Shown: one piece after another, positions 5,635-15,519 of the stretch
How the letters are laid out: every line of letters begins with the position of its first letter
Position numbering within the stretch: position 1 is the first letter of the stretch
Assembly (NCBI GenBank): GCA_964619725.1
Contig: CAZUFC010000154.1
Location: forward strand, 1-17,856
Origin: an uncultured bacterium
GTDB lineage: Bacteria; CSSED10-310; CAZUFC01
Direction: 5' to 3'
Length of the DNA: 17,856 nucleotides
The notes under the pieces: model-generated
The model's input: the letters and a program-made list of their open reading frames with translations, nothing else
Told to the model about the DNA's origin: nothing
The model's database searches: none
Program-made: the position numbers and the translations under genes

Positions 5635-8600
5635 TTAATGCAAAAGACCGAAGCGGTCCGTATGCGTCGTTTTCGTCGACAATTTTTCATCGCCCGGCAG
5701 AAAGGTCATAACTTCATAATCTTCAATATCATCCGCCAGGCTGTGTATCGTGATGTCATTCAAGAATCCTTCGCTCAATTCATGCGTTTCGATTGCAATG
5801 ACGGCCAGCAGCGTTTCGGAATCTGCAGGGATGGCGGAAAGGACGTCAAAAGCGCCGATAATCAATTCGTTTTCAACCGGTCTGGCGCCTGTCAACAGCC
5901 AATCGCCTACCGGTCCCGGGAACTGAGTTTCGACGGATGGGGGAAGGTTCTCAGCGAATGAAATGCGTAATCCCAGCGAGTCCACAGGAGTGTCGAAATT
6001 TTTCAACCAGAGCGATATGACGGCCAGGTTTTCTCCCGCTTTTTCATTGACTTCAGCAAGCAGAATACCGGGAGCCGAGCTATCCGGCCGCAAACTTCCC
6101 TCCGATTCGACGGGAGCGGCTGATTCTTTGCGTCTAATGGACTTTTCGATATCATCGGGGTAAATGGATGCCGTTTTGGAGGTGAAGTCATCAGCCGGGT
6201 CACCTTTGGAGGGTATAGGATCGATGCAGTCGCAATCCAGTTCGAGATAGAACCAGAATATGCATTGAGCGTCTGCGGGGGTGACGTCTCCGTCGCCGTC
6301 GCAGTCTGCAGAGCAAAGTTCCTCAAAAGTCGGGTCAAGGAACAGGGAAAGGTAAATCAGAAAGGCCAGTTGACCGTCCTGGGGCGTCTTTTCGCCGTTA
6401 TTGTCCACGTCGCCGTCGTTAATGCAGATGAGTGTCGGAGTAATGGTTGGGATTTCGGTAGGTTCAGGAGTATCTGTGGGAGTCGCGGTAGGACCTGTCG
6501 GCGTAATGGTCGGCGTCAGCGTCGGGGGGCCCGGAGTTTCCGTCGGACCCGGAGTCATTGTAGGCGAAGGAACCGGACCGCTTTCCCAGTTCTCATAGAC
6601 GACTTCACCCAGAGAGGTGTTATCCCGGACGTCATATATGCGGGAAATATTCGAAGGATAGCCTTCGAGTTCCATTTCAGCGGTTACGGCTTCGCCCCAC
6701 CAGCAATATTGAGCAGCAACCGCGTAACTCGAATTGTTGTATATCTCATAGGTGTCGTTCAGATACAGGTTGTTGTAGTTGAAATCCACAACCGCACCGG
6801 CGCTGTTGATTCTGACTCCATACCCGCCGTTCCAGTGAATCTCGTTATACCTGAAGTAAGCGGCATTGCTGTTGTACTCTATACCGTATCCGCCGTTATG
6901 ATGAACCTGGTTCATGAGGAAATATCCCGGTCCATTCTCGCAATGAATTCCATATCCGACATTGCCGTAAACTTCATTGAGCGTGAAATCGCCGAAACCG
7001 CTGCTGCCGACCCTGGTTGTGAATCCTGCAGCCCCGTTGTCGTAGACGGCGTTGCCGAAGGCCGTCACTTCAACTACCGACCAGGCATAACATCCCTCTT
7101 CCGCATTCTCATATATATCGCTGTTCTCAAGGACCAGGCCGGAAATCCAACTGTAACTCGAATGTTCATACCTGCGCAATTCCAAGCCTCTTTCCCCGTT
7201 TCCGTGAAGGGCGCAATTACGGAGCTCGACATTTAAAGGCGAATACTGCCGGTAATAGCATATTTCCAGTCCGTCTCCCCCGTTGTCGCCGGAGGAATCG
7301 CCCTGCAGACTGGTAAGGAGATTGGAAGAATACGAATTGTAATAAACGTTGATGCCGTCTGCTGCATTATTATAGGTCATGTTGTTCTGGAGGGCTGCAA
7401 TCAGGTATGAACAACTTGAACCGGAGTATATGGACAACCCGTGATTTCCGTTATCCTGGCAGGTGTTGTTTTCAATCTGAAGCTCGATGTACGATGAGGA
7501 ACCGGGATAAATACAGCGAATTCCGTCGGCAAAATTGTTGGAGCAATGGTTGCCCTGTATGATGGCTGTAATGTTGGAAGCGCAGGTCAATGCCAGGCCG
7601 TGGCTGTTGCTGTCGTATCCGTTGTCGAAAATGAGGTTTCCCTGTATCAGGATATCCTGATCGGAGGTCGTTCCGGAAATGCCGCAATAGTAGTTCTCGC
7701 TTAAACTGCAATTTGTTATCGGAATCGAAGCTGAATCCAGGGAGATGCCAATATGAGCCCATTCGATGTTGCAATGATCCACAACGCACAGCAATTCGTC
7801 AGGATCGACGAAACGTATGCCGTACCAGTCCTTTTTCTTCGGTATGGCCGAATCGACGGTGAAAGTTATTTCGTTTCCCGCATCACCATCCGCTGACAGG
7901 GCCCCTTCTATGATGAGTTCCGTCCTGGACGTGTCGGCGCCGCTGATCGTATCGTCCCTGTTTGCAGCGAAAGTTACGACTGTGCCCGGTTCTATCGTTA
8001 ATGTCGTTCCGCTCGGAACTATTACATCACCCGTTATGTACATGCTTCCATTCCAGGTTTCATCCGTATACAACCGTCCCCAGGTATGCTTCAATCCTGC
8101 ATCAACCGTCACCGTTACTCCGGGCCCCGGTATCTCCTCATTAAGGTCAACGTCTACGGCCTTGGACTTAAGGGTATATTCTCCCTCGGTATTCGCAAAC
8201 CAGGGGAAGGACCAGTATTCGAACCCAACGGCTTCCTCCCAGGTTACTCCGGCGTCTATGCTGGCTTCCACATGGTCCAGTCCTATCGATGACAGGGCTA
8301 TTCCTTCTATATCATACGTGCCGTTCGGCAGCGTCATGCCGTCCATCGGATCGATTATATAGGAAACAGGGTCCACGTTTATGTCGAATCCGCCGCCGAG
8401 CCATCCCCGGTAATCGACCATGCCCAGAGCGAAATCATCATGAATATCGTGAACCTTCGCCAGGTTCGTCGTGTATCCCAATGCATCCATCTGGGCCGTC
8501 GTGACGTCTCCCCACCAGTTGATACGGGCATCGACGGCGTAAGATGAATTGTTGTACATCTCGTAGGTATCGTTCCTGAAAATGTTGTTGTAATGAAAAT

Positions 8601-11600
8601 CGTTCACTCCGTCGCATCCGTCGAAACGGACGCCGTACCCCTGGTTCAGGTATATGTTGTTGTGAATGAATGTCCCCGTCTTATTGGAAAACTGAATGCC
8701 ATGGCCCGTATTCTTCTTTATCTCATTATACGCAAATCGCGCATCAGCATTCACGCAACTGATCCCGAATCCCATGTTTTTGTATAAATAATTGCCGATG
8801 AACTCAGCCCCGCCGCTGCCCGCTTTAACATTTACTCCATTGCTTTCATTCTCAATGAAATCATTGTCGTGCAACTCAACCCGGTTAATTTCCCATAAAT
8901 TGCAACCCTCGTTAATGTTTTCATATATGCTGCAACTCGACAGCGTTAAACTCGTGATCCAACTGTAACTGGTGTGATTGTAACGGTGAGCATAAATTCC
9001 GCGGCCGCCGTTGGAATAAAACTCGCCCCCGTCGATATCTATGACCATCGGCGTATAACAGCGATAGTAATATACTTCCAGACCGTTTCCCGAATTCTCA
9101 TAGGATACGTCAGACTGGGACGTGAGCTGGAGATTGCTGGAATAGTTATTGTAATAGACATAAAGACCGTTGCCGCCGTTATTATGGACGGTGTTTCCCT
9201 GCAGAGAGGCAGTGAGGTTAGACGAATTGTCCGCATAATAAATGTGTATGCCGTGGTTGTCGTTATCATGACAGAGGTTGTTCGCCAGGAGGAGCTGGGC
9301 GGCGGCAGAGCTGCTGCCGTGAGTGATGTAAATTCCCGTGGAACAATTGTCGTAAACATGATTTCCATCGAGCGTCATGAGGGCGGAGGAAGCGGCGGTC
9401 AGAGCTATGCCTTCTGCGGCGACAGTGACGTCGGTATTCGATATTTCATTATTCTGTATGTAAAGGTCTACTGATGCCGCAGACCCGGCGATGCCCTTAT
9501 GATAAAAATTGGAAATCCGGCAGTTGCTGATGACAGGCGAAGCCGTCTCAAGAGTTATGCCCGTATGAGTCCATTGGATATCGCAGTGGTCCATCAGACA
9601 GAGAGCATGTTCAGGGTTTACAAAACGTATGCCGTGCCAGTCTCTCAGTCCCGGAGCGCCCGCATCGCTGGTAAAAACGATCTCATTGCCGGGTTCGCCG
9701 TCCGCTACTAGTATACCCTCAATAATGAGCTCGCAGCGGGAAGTATCCGTGCCGCTTATCATATCGTCCCGGTTTTTCGAAAAAACTACGGTCGTTCCCG
9801 GCTCGATCGTCAATGAAGCGCCCCTCGGAACCGTAACGTCGCCTGTTATAACCACTGTATCGCTCCAGGTCTCATTACCGAATATTTCTCCCCAGGCATG
9901 CAGGAGAGTTTCATCCACATCCACGTATATTCCGGGACCGGGCGTTTCCTCATTGGCTTCCTCATCAACAGCCTTGGAATTTACATTATATGTTCCCGTC
10001 ACACTGGCATACCAGGGATAAATCCAATCATTCGTTCCGTCTGCATCCAGCCAGAATAAGCCTCCGTCATTCGTTACATCCACATAATCTATACCCGCCG
10101 CGGCGCAGGCAACTCCCTGAATATCGATCAGACCGCGGGGAATGACCATGCCTTCCAGCGGAAAGACTATGTGAGAGGCCGGGTCTCTCGCCGTATCCAG
10201 GGGCGCATCGGTCCATCCGCGATAATCGATCATGCCCCGAGTGAAATCGTCATGGATATCGTAAAGCTTCGATATGTTCGCCGTATAACCCCAGGAGTTC
10301 ATCTGAGCCGTATTAACTGTCCCCCACCAGTTTTTTCTGGCATCAACGGCTATCGTCGTATTGTTGTAAATCTCATACGTATCGTTGTCGTAAATATTGT
10401 TGGCGTTCACAACTTGAACTCCCGATCCGTTGTGAAACCTTATACCGTAACTCCCGTTTCCGTATACATCATTCTGAACGAAAAACGCGGCTCCGTCTCT
10501 GAAATCGACTCCCATTCCTGTGTTTTCACGGATCGAATTATAACTGAATTCCGCACTCCCGCCGTTGCTCTGAATCCCGTGACCGCCGTTGAGATATACT
10601 TCATTGGCGCGAAAATATCCGTTGTCCCCGCTATATTTCACGGTTATTCCGCTGGCGATGTTCTCGTGAATACTGTTTTCCGTTAATGAAATCGACGCGC
10701 TTTCCCAGACGTAGCAACCTTCATCTCCGTTCTGATAAATATTGCACCCGGATATGCTCGTGTCAGATATCCAACTGTAACTCGAATGATTGTAACGGGA
10801 TATTCGTATGCCCTTTTCTCCGTTACCGAATGCAGCGCAACCGTCCACCGTTATATTCATCGGCGAATAACACCGGTAATAGTAAACTTCAATCCCGTCA
10901 CCCGCATTGTCATAGTAAGAATCACCGGATAAATCGAGATTCAGAACGGAAGAATATGAATTGTAATAAACATATACGCCGCTTCCGCCGTTGTTGTAAA
11001 CCGTGTTGTCCTGCAGACTCGCCGACAAATTCGTAGAACTGCTGCCGTTGTAAATATGAATGCCGTGATCTCCGTTGTCGTGACTGGTATTATTGGCGAT
11101 AGTCAATTGCGTATTTGAACTGGAGCCGCCGTAAGTGCAATATATTCCTCTGTCTGCATTATCGTGAACGTAATTGTCGAGCAGGACCGCCGTCGCAGCC
11201 GTATGACAGGTCAATGTTATTCCGTCGCCGTCCGCAATCGAACCGGAGTTGTATATCTCATTCCCCTGAAGGGTGATGTTCACGTCCGAAGCGCTGCCGG
11301 ATATTCCCCGATGCGAACTGTCGGATATGACGCAGTTGGAGATTGACGGCGATGCCGAGTCAAGTCTTATGCCTATATTACCCCACCGGATATGACAATA
11401 GGACAGCGAACATAAAAGGTCGTCTGGGTCGACGAACCTGATCCCATACCAGTCGTTCGGCTCGGGTTCCGCATCATTGCTCGTGAAAATGATCTCATTT
11501 CCTGATTCGCCGTCTGCAGTCAGAATTCCCTCAACAATCAACTCGCAGCGCGAACTGTCCGCTCCCCCTGAAGTGTCGTCCGATATCGCCGTAAACTCTA

Positions 11601-11793
11601 CCAGCGTACCCGGCATTATCGTCAGGCTGATCGCATCAGGTACCGTTACGTCGCCTGTGATGAGAATACTGCCGCTCCACGTTTCATCCGTCGTTAAAGT
11701 CCCTGATGTAGTTTGCGCTGTAATATTTGAAACACAAAGAAAAATGAAAAAAACCGCTAACGCGGCATGACGAAAAAAGTGACTCCCTTTCAT
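5635..11793 (-). CDS. Giant secreted protein (2052 aa): three right-handed parallel beta-helix modules (two with an Ig-like domain), Pro/Thr linker, dockerin-like domain and C-terminal cohesin-like domain
   Basis: Signal peptide. GGAGGAGG RBS. Many PbH1-like N..Y.N...GI repeats. Modules begin near aa 28, 632 and 1236 (ETW.G...ITGDV.VP...LTI.PGT). Duplicated Ca-binding loops DVDNNGEKTPQD and DCDGDGDVTPAD. The last ~120 aa resemble the neighbouring gene's repeats. Confidence 0.9.
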   Translation of the reverse strand: MKGSHFFRHAALAVFFIFLCVSNITAQTTSGTLTTDETWSGSILITGDVTVPDAISLTIMPGTLVEFTAISDDTSGGADSSRCELIVEGILTADGESGNEIIFTSNDAEPEPNDWYGIRFVDPDDLLCSLSYCHIRWGNIGIRLDSASPSISNCVISDSSHRGISGSASDVNITLQGNEIYNSGSIADGDGITLTCHTAATAVLLDNYVHDNADRGIYCTYGGSSSNTQLTIANNTSHDNGDHGIHIYNGSSSTNLSASLQDNTVYNNGGSGVYVYYNSYSSVLNLDLSGDSYYDNAGDGIEVYYYRCYSPMNITVDGCAAFGNGEKGIRISRYNHSSYSWISDTSISGCNIYQNGDEGCYVWESASISLTENSIHENIASGITVKYSGDNGYFRANEVYLNGGHGIQSNGGSAEFSYNSIRENTGMGVDFRDGAAFFVQNDVYGNGSYGIRFHNGSGVQVVNANNIYDNDTYEIYNNTTIAVDARKNWWGTVNTAQMNSWGYTANISKLYDIHDDFTRGMIDYRGWTDAPLDTARDPASHIVFPLEGMVIPRGLIDIQGVACAAAGIDYVDVTNDGGLFWLDADGTNDWIYPWYASVTGTYNVNSKAVDEEANEETPGPGIYVDVDETLLHAWGEIFGNETWSDTVVITGDVTVPRGASLTIEPGTTVVFSKNRDDMISGTDTSRCELIIEGILVADGEPGNEIVFTSDAGAPGLRDWHGIRFVNPEHALCLMDHCDIQWTHTGITLETASPVISNCRISNFYHKGIAGSAASVDLYIQNNEISNTDVTVAAEGIALTAASSALMTLDGNHVYDNCSTGIYITHGSSSAAAQLLLANNLCHDNDNHGIHIYYADNSSNLTASLQGNTVHNNGGNGLYVYYNNYSSNLQLTSQSDVSYENSGNGLEVYYYRCYTPMVIDIDGGEFYSNGGRGIYAHRYNHTSYSWITSLTLSSCSIYENINEGCNLWEINRVELHDNDFIENESNGVNVKAGSGGAEFIGNYLYKNMGFGISCVNADARFAYNEIKKNTGHGIQFSNKTGTFIHNNIYLNQGYGVRFDGCDGVNDFHYNNIFRNDTYEMYNNSSYAVDARINWWGDVTTAQMDALGYTTNLAKVHDIHDDFALGMVDYRGWLGGGFDINVDPVSYIIDPMDGMTLPNGTYDIEGIALSSIGLDHVEASIDAGVTWEEAVGFEYWSFPWFANTEGEYTLKSKAVDVDLNEEIPGPGVTVTVDAGLKHTWGRLYTDETWNGSMYITGDVIVPSGTTLTIEPGTVVTFAANRDDTISGADTSRTELIIEGALSADGDAGNEITFTVDSAIPKKKDWYGIRFVDPDELLCVVDHCNIEWAHIGISLDSASIPITNCSLSENYYCGISGTTSDQDILIQGNLIFDNGYDSNSHGLALTCASNITAIIQGNHCSNNFADGIRCIYPGSSSYIELQIENNTCQDNGNHGLSIYSGSSCSYLIAALQNNMTYNNAADGINVYYNSYSSNLLTSLQGDSSGDNGGDGLEICYYRQYSPLNVELRNCALHGNGERGLELRRYEHSSYSWISGLVLENSDIYENAEEGCYAWSVVEVTAFGNAVYDNGAAGFTTRVGSSGFGDFTLNEVYGNVGYGIHCENGPGYFLMNQVHHNGGYGIEYNSNAAYFRYNEIHWNGGYGVRINSAGAVVDFNYNNLYLNDTYEIYNNSSYAVAAQYCWWGEAVTAEMELEGYPSNISRIYDVRDNTSLGEVVYENWESGPVPSPTMTPGPTETPGPPTLTPTITPTGPTATPTDTPEPTEIPTITPTLICINDGDVDNNGEKTPQDGQLAFLIYLSLFLDPTFEELCSADCDGDGDVTPADAQCIFWFYLELDCDCIDPIPSKGDPADDFTSKTASIYPDDIEKSIRRKESAAPVESEGSLRPDSSAPGILLAEVNEKAGENLAVISLWLKNFDTPVDSLGLRISFAENLPPSVETQFPGPVGDWLLTGARPVENELIIGAFDVLSAIPADSETLLAVIAIETHELSEGFLNDITIHSLADDIEDYEVMTFLPGDEKLSTKTTHTDRFGLLH
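6226..6426 (-). other. Cys-rich dockerin-like domain (aa 1790-1856 of the 2052-aa protein)
   Basis: GDVDNNGEKTPQDGQLAFLIYL...ADCDGDGDVTPADAQCIFWFYL gives two loop-helix (F-hand) repeats, placed directly after a PT linker. It contains six Cys. Confidence 0.8.
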
Positions 11794-11882
11794 GAAAATA
11801 ATCCTCCTCCAAGATGTTGAAATGCCGTTCCTTTTAGATGCCGGTGCATCGTTTTTCCTGTTGCCGATAAAAGATTCGAATA

Positions 11883-11911
11883 ATTGTAACGTATGTGAGG
11901 GTAAATGTCAA
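11883..11911 (-). promoter_or_regulatory. Housekeeping sigma70-type promoter for the beta-helix/scaffoldin operon
   Basis: Minus strand TTGACA (11911-11906), 17-nt spacer, TACAAT (11888-11883). It is about 90 nt upstream of ATG 11793. Confidence 0.8.
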
Positions 11912-12355
11912 ACAGAAATTCGGTTAACTTCGCAAACCGCGGAGGTTCCAGGTCGCCGCATAATACGTCGCCTTTTGTTCCAGGCCCTTGCTTCAACCTT
12001 TAAAAGTAAAAAGGCGGCAAAAACGACGGACAGGTTCCCCGGATAGTCGCTATACTTTATTTTTCGCGTGTTTTCTTGACTTTCTCAGGTTCGTTTCCGT
12101 ATTGATAAGAGAATACGTTTTTAATGCATCGCTTCGTATTCAATTGAATGAAAGTCAAGGGGAGACGTTTTACATGAAGCGAAGCAGAACAGGAATTCAA
12201 ATGAGATACAGGCTTGGGAGTAAAAAATTTTGAGAATCTGGATAACAGTGAGGAAATCAACGAGGAGAGGAGGTTAAGGAAGAAGTGGAGTAGTTGAATT
12301 GAGGTTTTGCAAGACAAGTGAGATTTAAACGAAGAAGATCGAAGAAGGAGGGCAA

Positions 12356-15300
12356 ATGAGATACAAAGTCTTGTCGATTCTATTGTTTGCATTATTAGTT
12401 AATATTGTCTGGACATCGGCGGAAATACCGCATCAGATAAATTACCAGGGTCATTTAACGGATGATTTGGGAATGCCGCTGTCCGGCGAATATGATTTCA
12501 CGTTTGGCTTATACGATGCTGAGTTTGATGGGGAAGAGTTATGGACGGAAGCTCATGAAAACGTAATGGTCAGCGAGGGAATATTTCATGTGCTGTTGGG
12601 TTCCGTCAATCCCGTTGAGCTGGATTTTTCCGGCGCTTATTGGCTGGAAGTGGAAATAGAAGGGGAGACGTTGAACCCCCGCCTGGAATTCACCAGTGTG
12701 GGGCAGGCATATCGAAGCGAAGAAGCGGAAGACGTATATTATCGTGATATTAATCCAAAAAGCGTAACGATTGCAGATTACGGGCTGGTGATAGATGAGA
12801 CCGGTCAGTGGCTTGGGGACCCGACAGGTCTCACAGGTCCGACAGGTCCGCAAGGCGAAACCGGCCCCGCGGGTCCTCAAGGCGACACCGGTCCTATTGG
12901 GCTTCAGGGCGATACGGGATTAACAGGTCCGCAAGGCGAAACCGGTTCGATGGGCGCTCAAGGCGACACCGGTCCGCCAGGACTTCAGGGAGATACCGGG
13001 TTAACGGGTCCGCAAGGCGAAACTGGTCTGGTGGGTCCTCAAGGCGACACCGGCACGCAAGGCTTCCAGGGTGATACTGGATTGACAGGCCCTCAAGGTG
13101 ATACCGGCCTGCAAGGTCCTCAGGGAGACACCGGCTTGACAGGTCAACAAGGGGACACAGGACCGATGGGCGCTCAAGGCGACACCGGCATGCTGGGGCC
13201 GATGGGCTTTACGGGACCGATAGGGCCGCAGGGCAATACCGGCCCGCAAGGTCTTCACGGCAATACCGGCCCGGTGGGTCCTCAAGGCGACACCGGCATG
13301 ACGGGGCCGATGGGCTTTACGGGACCGATTGGACCGCAGGGCAATACCGGCCCGCAAGGTCCTCAAGGCGACACAGGCCTGGTGGGTCCTCAAGGCGACA
13401 CCGGCATGCTGGGGCCGATGGGCTTTACGGGACCGGTAGGACCGCAGGGTTCCACAGGTCCAATGGGTCCTCAAGGTGATACGGGTCCGATGGGGGTTCA
13501 GGGCGACGCCGGTCCGACGGGTCCGATAGGTCCTCAAGGGGATACCGGTCCTGAAGGTCCTTACGGCCCGCAAGGCGATACGGGACCGACCGGTCCTCAA
13601 GGCGATACGGGACCCGTCGCGGGCATGAACGGTCAGTTGATTTATAACGATGAGGGTTCTGCATCGGGTTCAGAAGTCTATTATGACAAAGCTACGGGCA
13701 ACGTAGGAATTCATACGTCAAGTCCTGCGGCTGATCTTCATCTTTATGGAACGAATCCTGTTATTACATTTGAGGATGACAGCGACGGCGACAACGGCGT
13801 CTGGATGCATTTGCAGAAAACGAGCGATTCGCCTGCCGCCAACGACCGTTTAGGCCGGATAAGATTTTACGGCAACAACGATTCCGCTGCGCCCGCGCTG
13901 ACTCAGTATGCATTCATAGAAGGATATACTTCCGATGTAACGGAAGGGGATGAAGCCGGAAAAATGTATCTGTCGACCAGCCTGGCGGGATCGACAAGCA
14001 ACATGCTTTGCCTGGACGGAGCACGTTACGGCGTTGGGGAAGGCCTGGCCAGTTTCAACAACAGTCTTCACGACGTTGATTTTCAGGTCTGCTGGGACGG
14101 CGGCTACAATGCCTTGTACATAGACGGCGAAACGGGATATACGGGACTGGGAACCAACAGTCCGAAAGGCCGGTTGGATGTCTCAGGTCTCCTTTACATC
14201 GGACGACAGTTTGCCGATTATACTTCAAGAACGATATATGTATCTCTGACCGGAGACGATACGACGGGCGACGGGTCGTCCGGGAATCCCTATTTGACGA
14301 TTAACCGGGCGCTCAATGACATTCCGACGGTTTTGAATTATTCCGTTACGATACAGTTCGAGGATGGAACTTACTATCTTACGACCGATCCGGTCCTGGC
14401 CGGAAGATGCGGCAGCCGGGGCAGGATATATATTCGAGGCAATTCCTCCGACAATTCAGCGGTTGAGCTCAACATGAACACAAGGCTTTTCTACATCAAC
14501 GACAATGATCCTCAGATTTACTTTCAGAATATGACTATAACTTCGGGGACGAATCATCCCTGGAACATCAACAGCCAGCGAAATCGGTACATAAATATTC
14601 AGAACTGCATCTTCATAAAAACTATGGACCAGGCCAACTGGCACAGCATAATGTCATTCGTCGACGACGTTTTCGTGCGAGTGGATGCTGAAGTCATTTC
14701 CCAGGGAACACACGGCGGTTACGGCGGACTTATACGTTTCAAGGGAGTAACAAACGGCTCCGTCGTCGGTTCCGTCACCAGGACAGGCGAACAAATGGGA
14801 ATTGCCGTAACGATATATGACGGGTCAAACGTCAGTGTAGGCGCTGATATCACCAATTTCAACAAGGGAATATTTATCGGCAGAGACCATTACAATTGCG
14901 AAGGGCCGGCAACGGCCATTTTAACCAGCAACGCTGTGATAAGCGACTGCTACTACGGCGCTTATATAACCCGTATGGGTTTCCTGAACACCTGTTCCGG
15001 CAACTTCTCCAACAATACATTCGATATTTACCGTTACATGGGCGCATCAGACGACGACCTGAGCATTGCGGGAAGCGTAGCCATCGGAACGCATGACCCG
15101 GGAAGCTATAACCTGTATGTTTCCGGTACGGCCTACTGTACGACAAGCTGGCAAACATCCGATGCAAGATTTAAATCAGAAGTAGCCCCCATTTCCAATG
15201 CGCTGGAAAAAGTGACGAAAATGCAGGGCATCGAATACCTCTGGAACGCGGACCAATATCCCGATTACCGTTTCGATCGAAACAGAAATATAGGATTAAT

Positions 15301-15469
15301 CGCCCAGGATGTTGAAAGCGTTCTTCCGGAAATAGTCCATACCGGTGAAGACGGGTATAAGTCCATTTCTTACGATATGTTGACCGCTGTTCTGGTGGAA
15401 GCGATCAAAGAATTGGAAGAGAAAAACGAGCTCTTGCAGGCACAGATTGACGAAATGAAAGGGAGATAA
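12356..15469 (+). CDS. Secreted collagen-like / tail-fibre-like trimeric protein with beta-helix-like head and C-terminal Peptidase S74 intramolecular chaperone (1037 aa)
   Basis: AAGGAGG RBS and signal peptide. N-terminal domain [11 protein letters not shown]...GIFHVLLG. Gly-X-Y run at aa 158-421. GNVGI.T..P fibre repeats. [14 protein letters not shown]...PY.TI..AL motif typical of pectin-lyase-like starts. S74 motifs [20 protein letters not shown] and [12 protein letters not shown] plus coiled coil. Confidence 0.92.
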   Translation: MRYKVLSILLFALLVNIVWTSAEIPHQINYQGHLTDDLGMPLSGEYDFTFGLYDAEFDGEELWTEAHENVMVSEGIFHVLLGSVNPVELDFSGAYWLEVEIEGETLNPRLEFTSVGQAYRSEEAEDVYYRDINPKSVTIADYGLVIDETGQWLGDPTGLTGPTGPQGETGPAGPQGDTGPIGLQGDTGLTGPQGETGSMGAQGDTGPPGLQGDTGLTGPQGETGLVGPQGDTGTQGFQGDTGLTGPQGDTGLQGPQGDTGLTGQQGDTGPMGAQGDTGMLGPMGFTGPIGPQGNTGPQGLHGNTGPVGPQGDTGMTGPMGFTGPIGPQGNTGPQGPQGDTGLVGPQGDTGMLGPMGFTGPVGPQGSTGPMGPQGDTGPMGVQGDAGPTGPIGPQGDTGPEGPYGPQGDTGPTGPQGDTGPVAGMNGQLIYNDEGSASGSEVYYDKATGNVGIHTSSPAADLHLYGTNPVITFEDDSDGDNGVWMHLQKTSDSPAANDRLGRIRFYGNNDSAAPALTQYAFIEGYTSDVTEGDEAGKMYLSTSLAGSTSNMLCLDGARYGVGEGLASFNNSLHDVDFQVCWDGGYNALYIDGETGYTGLGTNSPKGRLDVSGLLYIGRQFADYTSRTIYVSLTGDDTTGDGSSGNPYLTINRALNDIPTVLNYSVTIQFEDGTYYLTTDPVLAGRCGSRGRIYIRGNSSDNSAVELNMNTRLFYINDNDPQIYFQNMTITSGTNHPWNINSQRNRYINIQNCIFIKTMDQANWHSIMSFVDDVFVRVDAEVISQGTHGGYGGLIRFKGVTNGSVVGSVTRTGEQMGIAVTIYDGSNVSVGADITNFNKGIFIGRDHYNCEGPATAILTSNAVISDCYYGAYITRMGFLNTCSGNFSNNTFDIYRYMGASDDDLSIAGSVAIGTHDPGSYNLYVSGTAYCTTSWQTSDARFKSEVAPISNALEKVTKMQGIEYLWNADQYPDYRFDRNRNIGLIAQDVESVLPEIVHTGEDGYKSISYDMLTAVLVEAIKELEEKNELLQAQIDEMKGR
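12827..13618 (+). repeat. Collagen Gly-X-Y repeat, 88 triplets
   Basis: 792 bp of [12 protein letters not shown]-type triplets. It contains a near-identical block recurring at a 108-bp period (13187, 13295, 13403). Confidence 0.95.
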
Positions 15470-15519
15470 CGGCGGCTCCAATCAGGGCTTGAGAACGACT
15501 TGGACTTCCGCGATTCAAT

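Noticed and set aside
3392-11770. Numerous antisense and alternate-frame ORFs within the two large genes (for example 6265-7236, 7817-8362, 3392-3712)
   Set aside because: Shadow ORFs. The V/G-rich ones are the antisense reading of PT linkers, and the main frames carry coherent domain structure.
11794-11876. Riboswitch (for example c-di-GMP) in the leader of the 2052-aa gene
   Set aside because: Only a 5-bp hairpin (gatgc/gcatc) is visible, and I could not match a riboswitch consensus by eye. An Rfam scan would settle it.
11790-12392. Short ORFs in the divergent intergenic region
   Set aside because: They overlap the sigma70 promoter and RBSs, have no recognisable motifs and reflect compositional bias.
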